DNA of 64,000 nucleotides from Octopus sinensis. Its lineage: Eukaryota. Every line of letters begins with the position of its first letter. Position 1 is the first letter of the stretch. The stretch lies in NCBI RefSeq assembly GCF_006345805.1, contig NW_021835997.1:186001-250000 (forward strand). Direction: 5' to 3'. Positions 1-12,481 of the stretch are shown in pieces. The notes under the pieces are model-generated. The model saw nothing but the letters and a program-made list of their open reading frames with translations. It was not told the origin of the DNA and searched no databases. The position numbers and the translations under genes were made by a program.

Positions 1-289
1 TTGAGACAATTTTGTGAAGTGATCCCCACCTCGATAAGAGTAATTGTGTTTCTCGATTTTCCTTAACTTAATATATAAACCACTTTTAAAAAGAAGAAAC
101 AGTTTTCAGGATACTTTTATAAGATAAGATGAGCATTCATTGAAAGAATAACGACTAAAAACAATATAATGTGATGTACAATAGAGAATCATTAATGGTA
201 TGATTACAAAATTGAATTTAGTCAACTTGTTCAAAGCAATCAATGAATATGCCGAGTCGTTATATAATTATTTTGGGGTTTTCCGTTTT

Positions 290-520
290 TAATGTAGAAA
301 TCCCAGGCGTTGAAGAATACAATGACTAATAGTATAATTTGGAGTCATTTTCTTAACTTTTGGTATAACTCCAGAAAAATTTCCGATCATACATTTTTCT
401 CCATCAGTACGGACATCCTCACATTTATTCCAATTTATGTTTTGTGTAATAAAATAAATGTTAATAGTGTTAAAAATATTTTTCCCTGTATAACTCGCAT
501 ATTAAAAGTAACTATCGATA
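290..520 (-). mobile_element. hAT (Charlie/ZBED-like) transposase remnant
   Basis: Minus-strand translation gives YTGKNIFNTINIYFITQNINWNKCEDVRTDG, then after a frameshift FSGVIPKVKKMTPNYTISHCILQR. These match the hAT TGxxIF..W..C...TDG and HCxxHR motifs. Confidence 0.7.
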
Positions 521-680
521 ATTAACATTCAGATATTAATTAAGCTTCTCTTTCTGGTCGCTACATCGTCTATTCGCAAAGTGATTTAGGTATTCCTTCC
601 CTTTGAGGTACTGGCGATGTTGAAAACTCACTTATTTGGTGATAAATCTCGTTTATTCTTTTGTTCAATTCAAGCGTTCT

Positions 681-1339
681 TTACCACATTTCAACTCTGT
701 TTCTATATGAAACAATCTTGTTTTCAAAAGTTTTCTTTACATTGAGTGATTGAATGTATGCGTGCGTTCTCTCACTGATGTTAGACCAACGTGCATATCG
801 TAGGAATTTTTGAGTAACCAGCCCATTCCATGTTAATATAATAGGTACTATTTTCACTTTCGCATGATAGATTAATTCCACCTCTTTGGATAAAAGGTCA
901 TATTTTCTCATTTTTAGATTGCCACTTGTTGTAAGTTTTGAAAAGATGTTATCCCAACTTCCACCAACAAAATTTGATTCCTTATCTTATCGAAAACAAA
1001 CAAATCGGGTTTGTTGTGTTCCACGATTATGTCTGTATTTAGAAGTGTCTTCAGTCTGATTTCAACCTTCACATTCGCCGGTACAGATTCTACCGATTGT
1101 GTTTTGAGTTTTTTATCGTTCTTGAGTCCAAATTCTCGACAAAAATGAAAGTGGATGTATCTCACTACTTCATCATGGCTCCTGACATAATCTCCATTTA
1201 ACATCTTCTCACATCTAATGGCACAGTGATCGACGGTCTTCTTCCATCTCATGCAGTGAGAACACATTGAGTTATGTTCTGCAAAAATAAATTTCCATCT
1301 TGCACGAGACAGACCGTGGGATTTATTTCCTTTGGCCAC
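681..1339 (-). mobile_element. 3' end of an RLE-type (R2/NeSL-like) non-LTR retrotransposon, disrupted
   Basis: CCHC knuckle CSHC..TVDHCAIRC, RHD-like RSHDEVVRYIH, restriction-like endonuclease KPDLFVFDK..LLVEVGIT, then KYDLLSKE..VPIILTWNGLV after an in-frame stop. Confidence 0.85.
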
Positions 1340-2329
1340 TCAGTGACTAGAGTTTTTGACATTCACAAAATCCTCCGAATGAAAACATTCTGAAAAAATC
1401 TGGTCTAGTAGGTACTTGTTCTGGGCACCGACCAATAGTTCTTTGTTAAATAAAACTGATTCTTCAAGAAGATATTTATGCTTCAAATATTCTTCAATAG
1501 TCTCCAGATGAGTTTTTGAGCATTTCAGAATGAAGAATCGAAAAGCTTCTTTTTCACACACCACTTTGGTTTTTTAAGTCCGTAGGAAATCAAAAAAGCA
1601 TGAGTACACTTAGAAGAGAAATTGAGCTCAATCCTCCTCCAAAATTGTTCCGGGGGAGGTATAATCTCTGTTTTCTTCCCGTAGAAAATGTATCTTGTGT
1701 TCTATTAACTTTGTCCAAATCGTATCGTCTATTTCATATTTAAATGATCCAATATCGACTAATCCAATGTAATAGTTGTACGGTGAGAGAGTGTGTTCAT
1801 TAATTGCTTTGAACAGGTGCACTCCATTAGTTTTATATTTGTTAATCTTTGAATTCTCGTGATTATTTCTCCACGAATTATTTTAATCATGTCCGGTTTA
1901 AAAATTTTTCTAGCTCAACTCTCAAGTAGTCACAAATACTTGTATCCATCAATTTCGTCAAAGACTTTTGCTTTCGCTGATAACAATGGGATATTTGTGG
2001 CTGACTTTTATAACTCTCATATTAACATATTTTCTTCAATAATATCGTCAAAAGGGTATCGAACATAAAACAAGTAAAACTGCCAGTCCTTCAACATGAC
2101 TAGATTTGTCAATCTGAATAAAAAAAAACCATTAGAATTATTTAATCCAATCAGTAACTGGGCTTCAATATTTTGTGAAAGTTCCTGAATTCCTATTGAA
2201 ATGGTATTATTGGACAAAGAAACAAGATCTAGTTTCTTAGACTTTTCTTTGCAGTAAATACACTAAATTAGATTAATTATATACTTCATAAGATGCTGTG
2301 GTAGACTTTGCTCTCAACTGAATTTCCTG

Positions 2330-3140
2330 AAAAATATTAATGCTTGTTTATATGAGAGTTAGGTCTACAACCAAAAGTATCTTTCTTTGTTTTCTTTGAG
2401 AGTTTTGTTTCAATTATACAACCATTCATTAAATATTTCCACCTTCATCTAAGCCTTTGAAGAATTGTGGTATTGTAAATACTCATCAACGTTCAAGTTT
2501 TTGAAACACCTTGGTTTCTTAAACTTTCCAATCATCAAAGGGGTTCTTTTATCAGATCCAGTCATATTTGCGCAATGCATTAATAAAAATCTGAAAATTG
2601 GCTAAAAAATGTCAACCCTATCTTTAAGTAATTTTTGTCCTGGTTGGTGTTTCCTGCAGACACTTTTTGATGGAATGATCTTGTAAAATACGCCTGTTAC
2701 GTCGGCATTATAGACATTTTCGAAACCATATTCATTTATTTTTGAAGAGATAATTTTTAAAAGTTTTCGATTTCGTCTTTGAACTCATCCGTAGTATATC
2801 CCAATTCACCATGAAAAATTCTTAGCTTTATATTGTGCCTTTTTTGAACTTTTCAAGCCATCCTTTACTGGATTTAAATTCGGAGAGACCGTTTAACGCA
2901 GCAAATTTAGCTGCTTCAGATAAAATTATCTCCTCATTGAGGCAAACTCCAATAAATTCCATGTAATCTATCCAGATAATGATTTCAGAATCAATTGATG
3001 AATATCTGAGTTTCGAAAAACGAGAACTTCTTCCATAATTTGGATTAATTCCAAGAATCTTCTGTTTGTTAAATTTAAGATCGTTAATTGCACGTTTGTG
3101 AATTGATTTTGTGAAACGCTACAAAAAAATTTCTGAAACA
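2330..3140 (-). mobile_element. Tigger/pogo-like DDE transposase, decayed
   Basis: CENP-B HTH signature FKSSKGWLEKFKK, then VYNADVTGVFYK, CANMTGSDK and IGKFKKPRCFKN (DDE_1 family). Contains stops and frameshifts. Confidence 0.85.
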
Positions 3141-3782
3141 CGCCTTAAACTCAGAGACAAGACTTCAGGATTTTATAAACGATCATATCAAAAAGCAAAA
3201 GAGTTATTACTTAGAAAAAAGCAAACGTATTGCCCGTATTCAAAAAGTGAAAAGGTTTATCATGAAAGCGATCAAGCCTATGAAATTACCATGCATTTTG
3301 ACCTTAAAAATGGTGAGCATATTTTCAAAATCGCTAAACAGTTACCTCATTATTGATTCTGATACAAGAAAAACATATACCCTTTTTTGGAAGCTGCAGA
3401 ATGCGATCCAGAAAACAAACAAATTCGGAGTACCTGGCTGAATCGAGCCAGCATAGTGAGGTTCCTGACTGGTGTGTTGACGGTTGAGCTTCGGGTTTAT
3501 ATATTTTGCTGATTGAAGGTTGGTGGAGGAAGCGTTAGAGTCACTCCTTGGCTAGAACCTCAGCCCGAGCACTCCACCAAATGTACTAAAGTCTTCCTTA
3601 TATTCTATCTTTGTGGATTATAGCCTGTGCACTCCACCAAATGCATCTTGGAAGGGAGGAGCTGAAGGGGATAATATTGTGAATACATGTAAGTAAAAGA
3701 AAGTGTATAAAAATCAGACATATTAAAATAACGTTCAAAGCCGCGTTGTCTTCCCCTCCATGAAGCTTTCAACACTTGACCG

Positions 3783-3870
3783 AATTCTTTTTTGTAATAA
3801 ACTAATCACTTTTAAAAAAATAAAAATTCTTTTTGTAATAAACTAATCACTTTTAAAAAAATAAAAATTC
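3783..3870. repeat. Tandem duplication of a ~42-bp AT-rich unit
   Basis: aattc-ttttt(t)gtaataaactaatcacttttaaaaaaataaa occurs twice, downstream of the minus-strand LINE. Confidence 0.85.
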
Positions 3871-4232
3871 CCAAAAGGGAATGCGCCCAACCCGAAAGTA
3901 ATGCAATACCGGGAGGACGCGTGGAATGGAGTTAGGAAGCTTCGCAGGACACACAAAGGCACAAAAATAAGCATTATATCTTGCCGCGTGTAAGGGCGTC
4001 CCAGATATAAAGCTGGAAAGAACAGATACTACACTTTGATCAAAGCCAAAAGGCCGAGAAGCGACAAAACAAGACAAGTTTTATTTTCCAACAAACCCAT
4101 AAATTAATGTTAGGAAAAAAGCCAAAAGCAGAACAAGAGGCTAATTAATGTGGGTTTGATTTCATTGTATAGGGTCATTTTATGAGACACCACATGTCTC
4201 TTCTTCGCATATACCCAAAAGAAAAAATTACA

Positions 4233-6673
4233 TCATAATTTCCACAAGTGATGTAACAAATCTTCTATCCTTCTGACTTTAACGTCATAAGCATTTTCGA
4301 TTTTTGAATTTAAGTCCGATCCAAATGCCAATTTAATAGCAAATCTTCTGGTCTTTTCCAATTTTTTTACAAAAATGCTACTTTCTTCGGATCTATACCA
4401 TCCTTGATAGCCATATATCAAGAATGGCTCAATACATGTAGAATACACAAAAAGGAAAGTTTCAGGCTCCAAATGAAATCGAGTTAAAAATTTCAACATT
4501 CCTGTAGCTTTCTCTCTTCGTGTTTTGATATGATCCTTAAAAGATCCTCTTCGATCTATCGATACTCAGAGATACTTCAATTTTCCAGAGTTTTTTATAT
4601 CTCCTGTATTTACATATTCATCAATATTTTTTCTTTACTTGCAATCCATGTGACTGTTGATTTTTCTCTTGACAGAGTCAACCCATTGTTTTGGCACCAC
4701 CTCCCAATGTTTTTTATATGGGTTTCTACCCTTTTCCATGAAATTTGTTTACTTATGCTTGAATCAAGCACAAGAATGTCATCAGCATAAATAATCATAC
4801 GACTATTTATGCTCTCAGTTTTTGGTAACTCACTCATTACACAATTGAAGAGTAGCGGGCTGAGAATTGATCCCTGCGGAACCCCTCTTCGTAATTCAAT
4901 TTTCTTAGAAATTAAATTTCCAAAACGTATATACGACCTCCTTCTTGAAAGAAAGTTTTCTATCCATAATAATGCGGTTCTCCCAATTCCTGCTTTTGAT
5001 AACGTATCAAGAAGTCCGTAGTGCCAAACACTGTCAAAGGCCTTCGTTATATCCAAGCACGCTATTGTAAGAAATTCCTTTTTTCTCCTCGAACTATCAA
5101 TTGCAGATCTTAGCTCTCTGAGACAATCTCCAGTCCCTTTTTTATGTCGAAAACCCAATTGATTGTCAGAGAGAAAATTATTAACCTCAACAAGCCTTGA
5201 GAGACGATTGAAAACAATTTTCTCCATAATTTTCGAAATTGAGCAGATTAAGCTAATTGGCCTATAGCTATCTGCTTTTGACTTAGGCTTTCCTTTTTTC
5301 ACGACCATACGTACAATTGTTCGTTTCCAGGTCGACGGAACATGTCCAAAACTCCACGAGGAATTGTATAATATATTTAGTAATCCAACTAAAATCTGGT
5401 CCGCATTCTTGAAGATACTCATTGGAATAAAATCCCATCCTGGTGCTTTATTTTTGCAACTTTTTATCGCAGTATTTATTTCTTCTTGTGTTATAGGTTG
5501 GCACAAGGGACTATTCAGTTTCGACGTTTCTTTATAATTACTTCTTGTATTTTGCACTTCTTGTGGAATAAAGGTGGCTGGATCAGTCTCTTGAATTCTG
5601 GACAATTATTTACGTAATATATCCGGTATTTCTTCCTTCGGAATAGTGAAACCATCATCTGATTTCAGAGAAATTTCTTCTTTTTCATTACTTGGCGAAA
5701 CCATTCTTGCAAATAGTTTCCAAAATTTTGGATTCTGTCGATGTAGCTTTGAACATTCCCTTTTCCATATTTTTTCTTCATTCTTCTTTACAACATCTAT
5801 TATCTTCCTCTTTATTAACTTGATCTGAACTTTAAGTTCTTGGGAGTCAAAGAAATCCCAACACCTCCTTAACTTATTTTCTAATTTATTCTTCTCCTGA
5901 CGTAGAGAACGTTCTTCTACTCCTATTATCATATTCTCCTGCTGTAGGAGATTTTTTCTTTTTCCATAATTTTCCAGATAACTCAGTAATAAGCATCTTA
6001 ATTTGTTATCCAGGTTATCGATATCTTTCGGTTTCGAAATCCTCAAAGAATCTATACCACCAAGTTTCATTCTGATGAAAAAATTGAAGTGATTCCAATC
6101 AATTCTACTGATATCATATCTAACGAATATGTGCTGTGTGTGAACCGGGCCAGTTCTTAATTCAATCGTTTGTGGAATGTGATCACTTCCTACGTCATTT
6201 TCAATATATGGAGGATTGCACATTTCACTCATCTTTTGAGGCATTATGAACAGTCCAAGTCTATCACCACTATAAGTTGCATAGTGATTTATTTCTGCCG
6301 ACGTCAATATTTTCAGTTCTCCTGATTTCATCTACTTTACAAGACATTTTCCATCTTGGTTTGTTGTAACACATCCGTAATCAACATACTTCGAGTTCAA
6401 ATCTCCAACCAAAATCGGATTCACGTTTTTGTTAAATAATTCGTCAATAACCCATGGGTATTCACGTAATTTTTTCGAATAAATACCTCCAATTGTTATC
6501 CATCCAATATTTGTTTGTATTTGAACGCTGACTAGTTCACATACATCTTCTTCAATAATTCTAGCCCTCTTTGTCTTCAAATTAGTTCTATAATAAATTG
6601 AAGTTTCAGTTCCAGAAATAGAACCATCCTTCCATGGAATATCAATTGATGAAAATCCATTGAGTTTGAAAAA
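4233..6673 (-). mobile_element. AT-rich Jockey/I-like LINE ORF2 (APE endonuclease + RT), 5'-truncated, with stops
   Basis: APE motifs LVGDLNSK and GSDHIP. RT motifs YRPISLICSISKIMEK, QLGFR, LDITKAFDSVWH, GVPQGSILSPLLF and YADD. Confidence 0.92.
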
Positions 6674-8543
6674 GCTTCCCTGAGGGACCCCGCGAAGGAC
6701 TGTTGCGACTTTAGAAAAGACCCCCTGGTGTCGCACGACCTGACCGCGAGATTCGAGGAACCCCGACAGCCAGCGCCTTAGACACGGAGAAACCCCACAC
6801 GTGGCGAGGGAACTCCGCAGGCCATCGTGCCACACCGAGTCGAAGGCCTTTTCTATGTCAAGACTAACTAACATACCACACTCCCTTTTCTGGAGGGCGT
6901 TCTTCATTTCGGAAGACACCTTCCACAAGCAGTCTCCACATGAACGACCCTCCCTGAAGCCCCATTGGAACTCCGGGAGGGCGTCAACCACCGTCAGCTC
7001 CTCCAGGAGCCTTCGGTGCATGATCCTTTCTAGGATTTTAGATATAGCGGGAAGCAAGGAAATGGGCCTATATCCCCCGGGGACTTCATGAGGCTTCCCA
7101 GGTTTTCCAATGAGGATTACCTCAGCCACTTTCCACCTGGAAGGAATCATCCCAAGTCGCTAAACAAAACCTGTAAGGCCGTGATCAACAACGGCGGGGC
7201 CTTTTTGAAGATGGACATAGGGATCCGATCTAGCCCCGCCGCGGTGTTCTTACTTCGGGAGATCGCTGCCAGGATCTCCCTTTCGGAAACTTCGCCTGCA
7301 TCGACCCTTGATATGTCCAGCTGGCAGCGCTTGTCCCAAGACAATACCTCCTGGATAGTAACAAAAGACGACGTCTCTACGAACTGACTTCCGTCAGTTC
7401 CCGAGATGTTGTTGAGGTGGGCTGAAAATATATCAGCCACCTCAACCGGGTCCGAGGCGAGGGTTCCATCAGAGCGCTTAAGGCGCACTGACTTTGCCTC
7501 CCCTCTCCCCGACAGGCTCTTCAGTTGTTTCCAGAAGTCCGGAAAGCGCGGGTCCACTCTTTGGCAGGCCCGCTCCCACCGTGAACTTTCGTGTTCACGG
7601 ATTTCCCTCCGGATCTCCCTCTGAAGCCGGCTGATCCAGCCGCGAAACCAGACACGGTTCTCCTGGTAGACGCATTTGTCCCGCAGTCTGGACAGCCGGC
7701 GCTTGAATCTAATTTTATTTAGCACCCGGTACGGGAGCGTGGAATGTGCCTGGCCCTGTACTGGGTTCTGTTTGAAATTATCTCGCATATAATCAGACAG
7801 GGCAGCATTGATTCCATTATCTAACGCCTCCAACTCTCGTATGTTGGCGCAGGTATTCCCCACCAGGAGTGAGGGCAACCTGCTGGCCATGAACCTCTCC
7901 AGGTTGGCCCAGGAACCGGACCGGAGGTCAAAGTATCCTGGGGCCCTTTGAGGAACTGGCTCACGGAGTTCGTGCAATAGAGGCAGATGGTCGCTCCCAA
8001 TATCAGGCAATAAGATTGTGTTACTAACCCAATTTAGCATCCCGGGGCTGACCAGAGCAAGGCCTAGCCAGTCTTGTCCTCCCCGCGAATCGATGTGATT
8101 TGGCTCGCTTGAAGATCTGATTTCCAACCCGAGGTCTTCAACCAGCGTCTTTAGAGCCAAACCATGCGCGTTGGTTACCCTGAAACCGAGCTCTTGGTGC
8201 TTGGCATTCAGGTCCCCAACGACCATCGCCTTCGGATGCTTTCCAAAGAACTCCCGTACGTGCCAAGAACACGCCGTAAAGTTCTTCGAATACATCGCCC
8301 TAGGTAAAATGTTAAATTACCTATGCGAATCCTCACTTGGAGGAATTCACATAGGCTACAAGAACATAAACCTGAGCTCCGGAGAGCAAGGTACGGCTTG
8401 TAGAAGAGGCTAGTTCCAGTGCCACATGTTGACCCCTGTTTCCAGGGTATGTGACAGCAGTTGTAGCCATCAACTACGTACCGATCCTGCTTTAACTTTG
8501 TTTCGTTGACCACCAGGATGTCCGCACTAGTGGTGGCCAACAT
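6674..8543 (-). mobile_element. GC-rich Jockey/I-like LINE ORF2 (APE + N-half of RT), 3'-truncated, frameshifted
   Basis: VVNETKL, VVGDLNAKH, GSDHLP, YRPISLLPAISKILER, LDIEKAFDSVWH and GVPQGS. It ends abruptly after GVPQGS and has no YADD. Confidence 0.92.
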
Positions 8544-8779
8544 CCTCCGAAAAATTCAAAATTAGTTTCGTCATTTTGTATTGAATTAGTTTGCTCATAA
8601 TTTGAAAGACAGCCGCGTTTACTGAACAATATGTTCACAAATTCTAAGATTCGTAGAGTTATGCTTCGACTAAATAACAGGGGAAGTCAGATCAATTATT
8701 ATTATTTAACTGACAAGACTTTGCGATTTTTTTCGTTTCGGCATATGCGGAGGCTGAGCCAGGGCGGAAGGCAGAGTCA

Positions 8780-9000
8780 ATGAGGGATTGTTTTTCTAAA
8801 ATAAATCAAAAAAATCATTATTATTTGGTTGTTTTCTTTTTCTGTCGCATCAAGAGAAATTTTTTCAAATTCCAATAAAACATTTTTCACACGGATGAAA
8901 GCTAAATGGTAGCATTTCCTCAATAATTTTCATCTTTGTAGGCTCCCACAAGACCAAGACATTGTATTTTCCGCCATATGATTTGGCCGTCGATAAAATG
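8780..9000 (-). mobile_element. MULE transposase fragment
   Basis: GQIIWRKIQCLGL followed by DNA closely similar to 45300-45440 (CYHLAFI..ENVLLEFEK). Confidence 0.7.
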
Positions 9001-9555
9001 TACAATCTATCACGTCCAAAGTGATTAAGATTGTGTTGAGCCTAAGTTAAATAGACAAATATACTACTTCAATGAATTTTAATTTAAGTTCAGCGTCTTA
9101 GATACAAAAGAAACGCAAATTCCTACAAATTTAAATAGCAGTATCTTCAGTGTACGGATTTAGTCGTGATATGAATGATTGCAACTCCGTGTATAAATTC
9201 GATCCTCTATACGTTGAGGAGTTTCAAGCATTTAAATGTCTGAAAAGTTATTGGACATTGCGAAACGCTACAATAGCATTCGTTTCCTAAAAGTATCAGT
9301 GGTCTCGGATCGATTAGTTAAAGTACACTAATTAACTGTTCACGGACAGTACAATACTTCTGAATATAGTTAACTAACCTTTCTCTATGATGAACTGATG
9401 TTCTTACAAGTAATTAGAACATGTCATTAAATGTCGTATAAACTTAATAACTCATTCTAGTGCGGATTCTGAACAATATACTGAAAAAATGGAACGTCTC
9501 ACAATAATTAATTATTAAAGAGATTTATTATAGAGAGTAAGAAAATTATATAAAG

Positions 9556-9627
9556 GCCTACGTAGTTTAGCGGTTAGAATTCCTCGTTGTGGCCGAGGGG
9601 ATCCGGGTTCGACTCCCTGCGTAGGCA
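9556..9627 (+). tRNA. trnH-GUG: tRNA-His (GTG)
   Basis: Acceptor stem GCCTACG/CGTAGGC plus discriminator A. Anticodon arm CCTCG-TTGTGGC-CGAGG. T-loop TTCGACT, with one C:T mismatch in the T-stem. Confidence 0.93.
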
Positions 9628-10030
9628 TTTGGTATTTATATGTATCAAAATTATTTTTACATTTAAAGACTAAGTAAGGTTGGCAGGCAATGTAATAATA
9701 CCAGTTTTTTTTGGAAAAATTAAATGTTAGCTAGGGTAGGTGGCTGAAAGAGTATTCAAGAGCCTATGGATCAGCTCAACTACGCCCCACTGCGTATTGA
9801 CTGGCAGTCTCGCGAAGCACGAGGAGATTCGATGATAGAACCAATATAAAATAATATTGGTTTTCTTTATAATAAATGATCTATTGTAATCCGAGTCGAT
9901 ACAAACTTCTCGACTGATAATGCTATCGAATGACAAGCCAGACATATTTGTTCATGACAATCGAGCAACACAATTACTCTTCTTGAATTAGTGGAGGTCA
10001 CAAATAAAACACCCAAATGAAATTATTAAT

Positions 10031-11147
10031 TGTCACAGTCCAGACGTGCGTCACGCCGGACGTGAGTCACTTTTTAAAAATTTATAAAAATAAATAAAAA
10101 ATAACTAAATAGATATACCTTACTCCAATTATACCATATTAGTGTTTTTTATGTCTTTTGTTGGATAAAAGTTCATATTATTCCCCCACAAAAAACAAAC
10201 ATAACGCATTTTTGACCCGACATAACGTTTTATCGATTAACTTGAATTTTTTTTATTTAGAAACAATTTTAAAATATTAAAAATTATTTTTTTAATTTCC
10301 TTAGCCGACTAAACTGTACTTTCTCAATAATATCCCCCTCCTCATTTTCTAAGTCTAATGTGCCTCCGTCCTGTTTTATCACTCTGTATGCAGATGTATC
10401 TATCTGGTCATACAGAGGATATTTTCTCGTGTTTTCATTTATATCTTGATCCATCCGTAAAAGTGCGTAATCTCCAACTGATATTTCCTCTTCATCAAAT
10501 CTCCATCTTCTCCTTTTTTTCATTTTTTCGGCCGCACGCCAACCCTAACCCTAACGCCAACCCTAACCCTCACCCTAACCCTAATTCTTACCCTACCCCT
10601 AGATACAATTGATTAACCTCATTGTGTGTTTGAATAGACCTAACATATGTCTGCATAGATTTTTGGACGAGCAATAGTGTATCATTTAATTTAAGTTAGC
10701 CGTGTTCAGCTTACAAAAATAAATTTACATGTTTCAAATCTATTTTAAGAAATGAATCCAATAGTTCGGATATTCAATTTCTTTCGAATCAACTGCACTA
10801 TTCTTCAAATGTTCAAAAGTTTTTAGGTCGCTAATTCTACGTAATTCTTTACGTAATCTAAAACATTCTACGTAATCTAAAACGTTCTCTTCTACTGATT
10901 CCGTCATCAAATGATCCAAATTGTTTAAAAGTTTTTATTTTCAATAAATCATCTTGTGATAGTGTAATTAGAAACATTTGATAACTTGCAAAATTTAAAA
11001 ATAAAACACTATAATATATAATATTAATTAAGAAATTGTGATTTTTGAATGATTTTATTATATAGAAAATATAAAAATATCCAAAAAAATATCCAAAATC
11101 TGACCAAGTGACTCACGTCCGGCGTGACTCACGTCTGGTCTGTGACA
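10031..11147 (-). mobile_element. Non-autonomous Ginger-like element (TG...CA), internally deleted
   Basis: ~42-bp TIRs (TGTCACAGtCCAGACGTGcGTCACGCCGGACGTGAGTCACTT and its reverse complement) and a 5-bp TSD TTAAT. Only the integrase C-terminal domain remains (10284-10523: RKYPLYDQID..SRLRKL), homologous to 30021-30323 and 32416-32853. Confidence 0.88.
10537..10601. repeat. Interstitial degenerate telomeric array (CCCTAA/TTAGGG)
   Basis: About 11 hexamers in register, 5 of them perfect CCCTAA, with variants CGCCAA, CCCTCA and TTCTTA. Confidence 0.85.
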
Positions 11148-11639
11148 TTAATTAATAGTTCTATCTGCTTTTTATTTTGTAAACAGTTTAAATTAGGTGG
11201 AGAAGAATCTAATACAAAATTATTTGATTAAAATTCATCATCCAAGTTTTCTAGCATACTTTATACAAAATTTACCTGAAACATCTGAAAATTTTTTAAA
11301 TATGTATATAAATGCAAACAAGCAAGTTATAAATTACCTAATAGCCTTAGGAGACGCTCGGTCACCCTCACGAATACCAAAGCTATTCCCAAATATTTTC
11401 TGCATTTAAATCCCTAGATAATATGTCTAAAAATCATACAAACTCTCACTTTCTTTAAAATTTAAAAAAATTAAAAAATTTTATACTCATGAATGACTGT
11501 GTTTGTTCAAGAAACTCCTCCCAGTATTTTAAATTGTGTTTCTTTTATTAAAGAATGAATAGTTGTGTTATACATAAAAGTGCTTCGTTTAATAAATTGA
11601 ATCTAGTTTTTAAATTGAGTCTTCATTCATGAGCTCAGA

Positions 11640-12110
11640 AAGCGTCGTCAAGTAAATTGAAGTTGAATTGTTTTCTCTAAACCCATCTTAAAACGCAGAC
11701 ATTGGGATTTCATCTCAATACAATCATCAAGCATCTCTTCCAAAGCTCTTGAAATCGAGCAAAGGATAGAAATCGGTCTGTAAGAAAATGGCTCTTCTGC
11801 TGGCTTTTCCGCCTTCCGAATCGGTATTATGTGAGATCTCTTCAAATTTCAGGGATACAATTCGTGTTTATCGACGCGTTGAAGATCAAGGCTAACGTCT
11901 CCAGCACCAGGGGGCCCAGAAAATATGGAATCTGGTCCTCTGGCTCCCGACTTCCGCATCCTAACTATCGTCAGACGAACGTCTTCAGGAACGAATAAAA
12001 TCCAGTCTGTGGGTAGTACTGGTTTAATTTTCTTTAATAGATCTTTGGAGAAATCTTTGTGAAATTCTCGTATTTTGTATTAACGAGGCTTATAACTTGG
12101 GTGTGGTGTA
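11640..12110 (-). mobile_element. LINE RT fragment (Jockey-like)
   Basis: SGARGPDSI upstream, then KRSHIIPIRKAEKP..SYRPISILCSISRALEE. Confidence 0.8.
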
Positions 12111-12481
12111 CCAAAAGACTGGCCATTTGTTTAAAGAAATAATTTAGTGAGATTAAATTTATGTGTAGTCCGATTTGTTGTGTTGTTCCACATGTCGTTA
12201 TGAGCCTAGTTAAGGATATTCATTTTAAATGTTATATCTCTGTAGCTCTCAAATAAATACGAGACAGCCAACAAAATCGTTAGTGTGTCTCTCTGTCTTT
12301 TTTATATTTTTAAATTAGTGAGTCTCTGCCAGGTGAGGGCGGTCAAATTTATATCTCCTCAAATTATTCCCGAATGGACTCAAATATTCAATTTTACAAA
12401 ATGGAAAATTTATCGACAATTATTTGGCAAGGCTGTGGACCAAAATTTTCATCACGTTTCACAAATCTAAGATCAAAATAT

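Noticed and set aside
9385-9472. Second C/D snoRNA (ATGATGA...CTGA) upstream of the tRNA
   Set aside because: Only about 7 nt of rRNA complementarity and no convincing stem. Such boxes arise by chance in AT-rich DNA.
10537-10601. True chromosome end
   Set aside because: The array is short, degenerate and enclosed by matching TIRs with a TSD.
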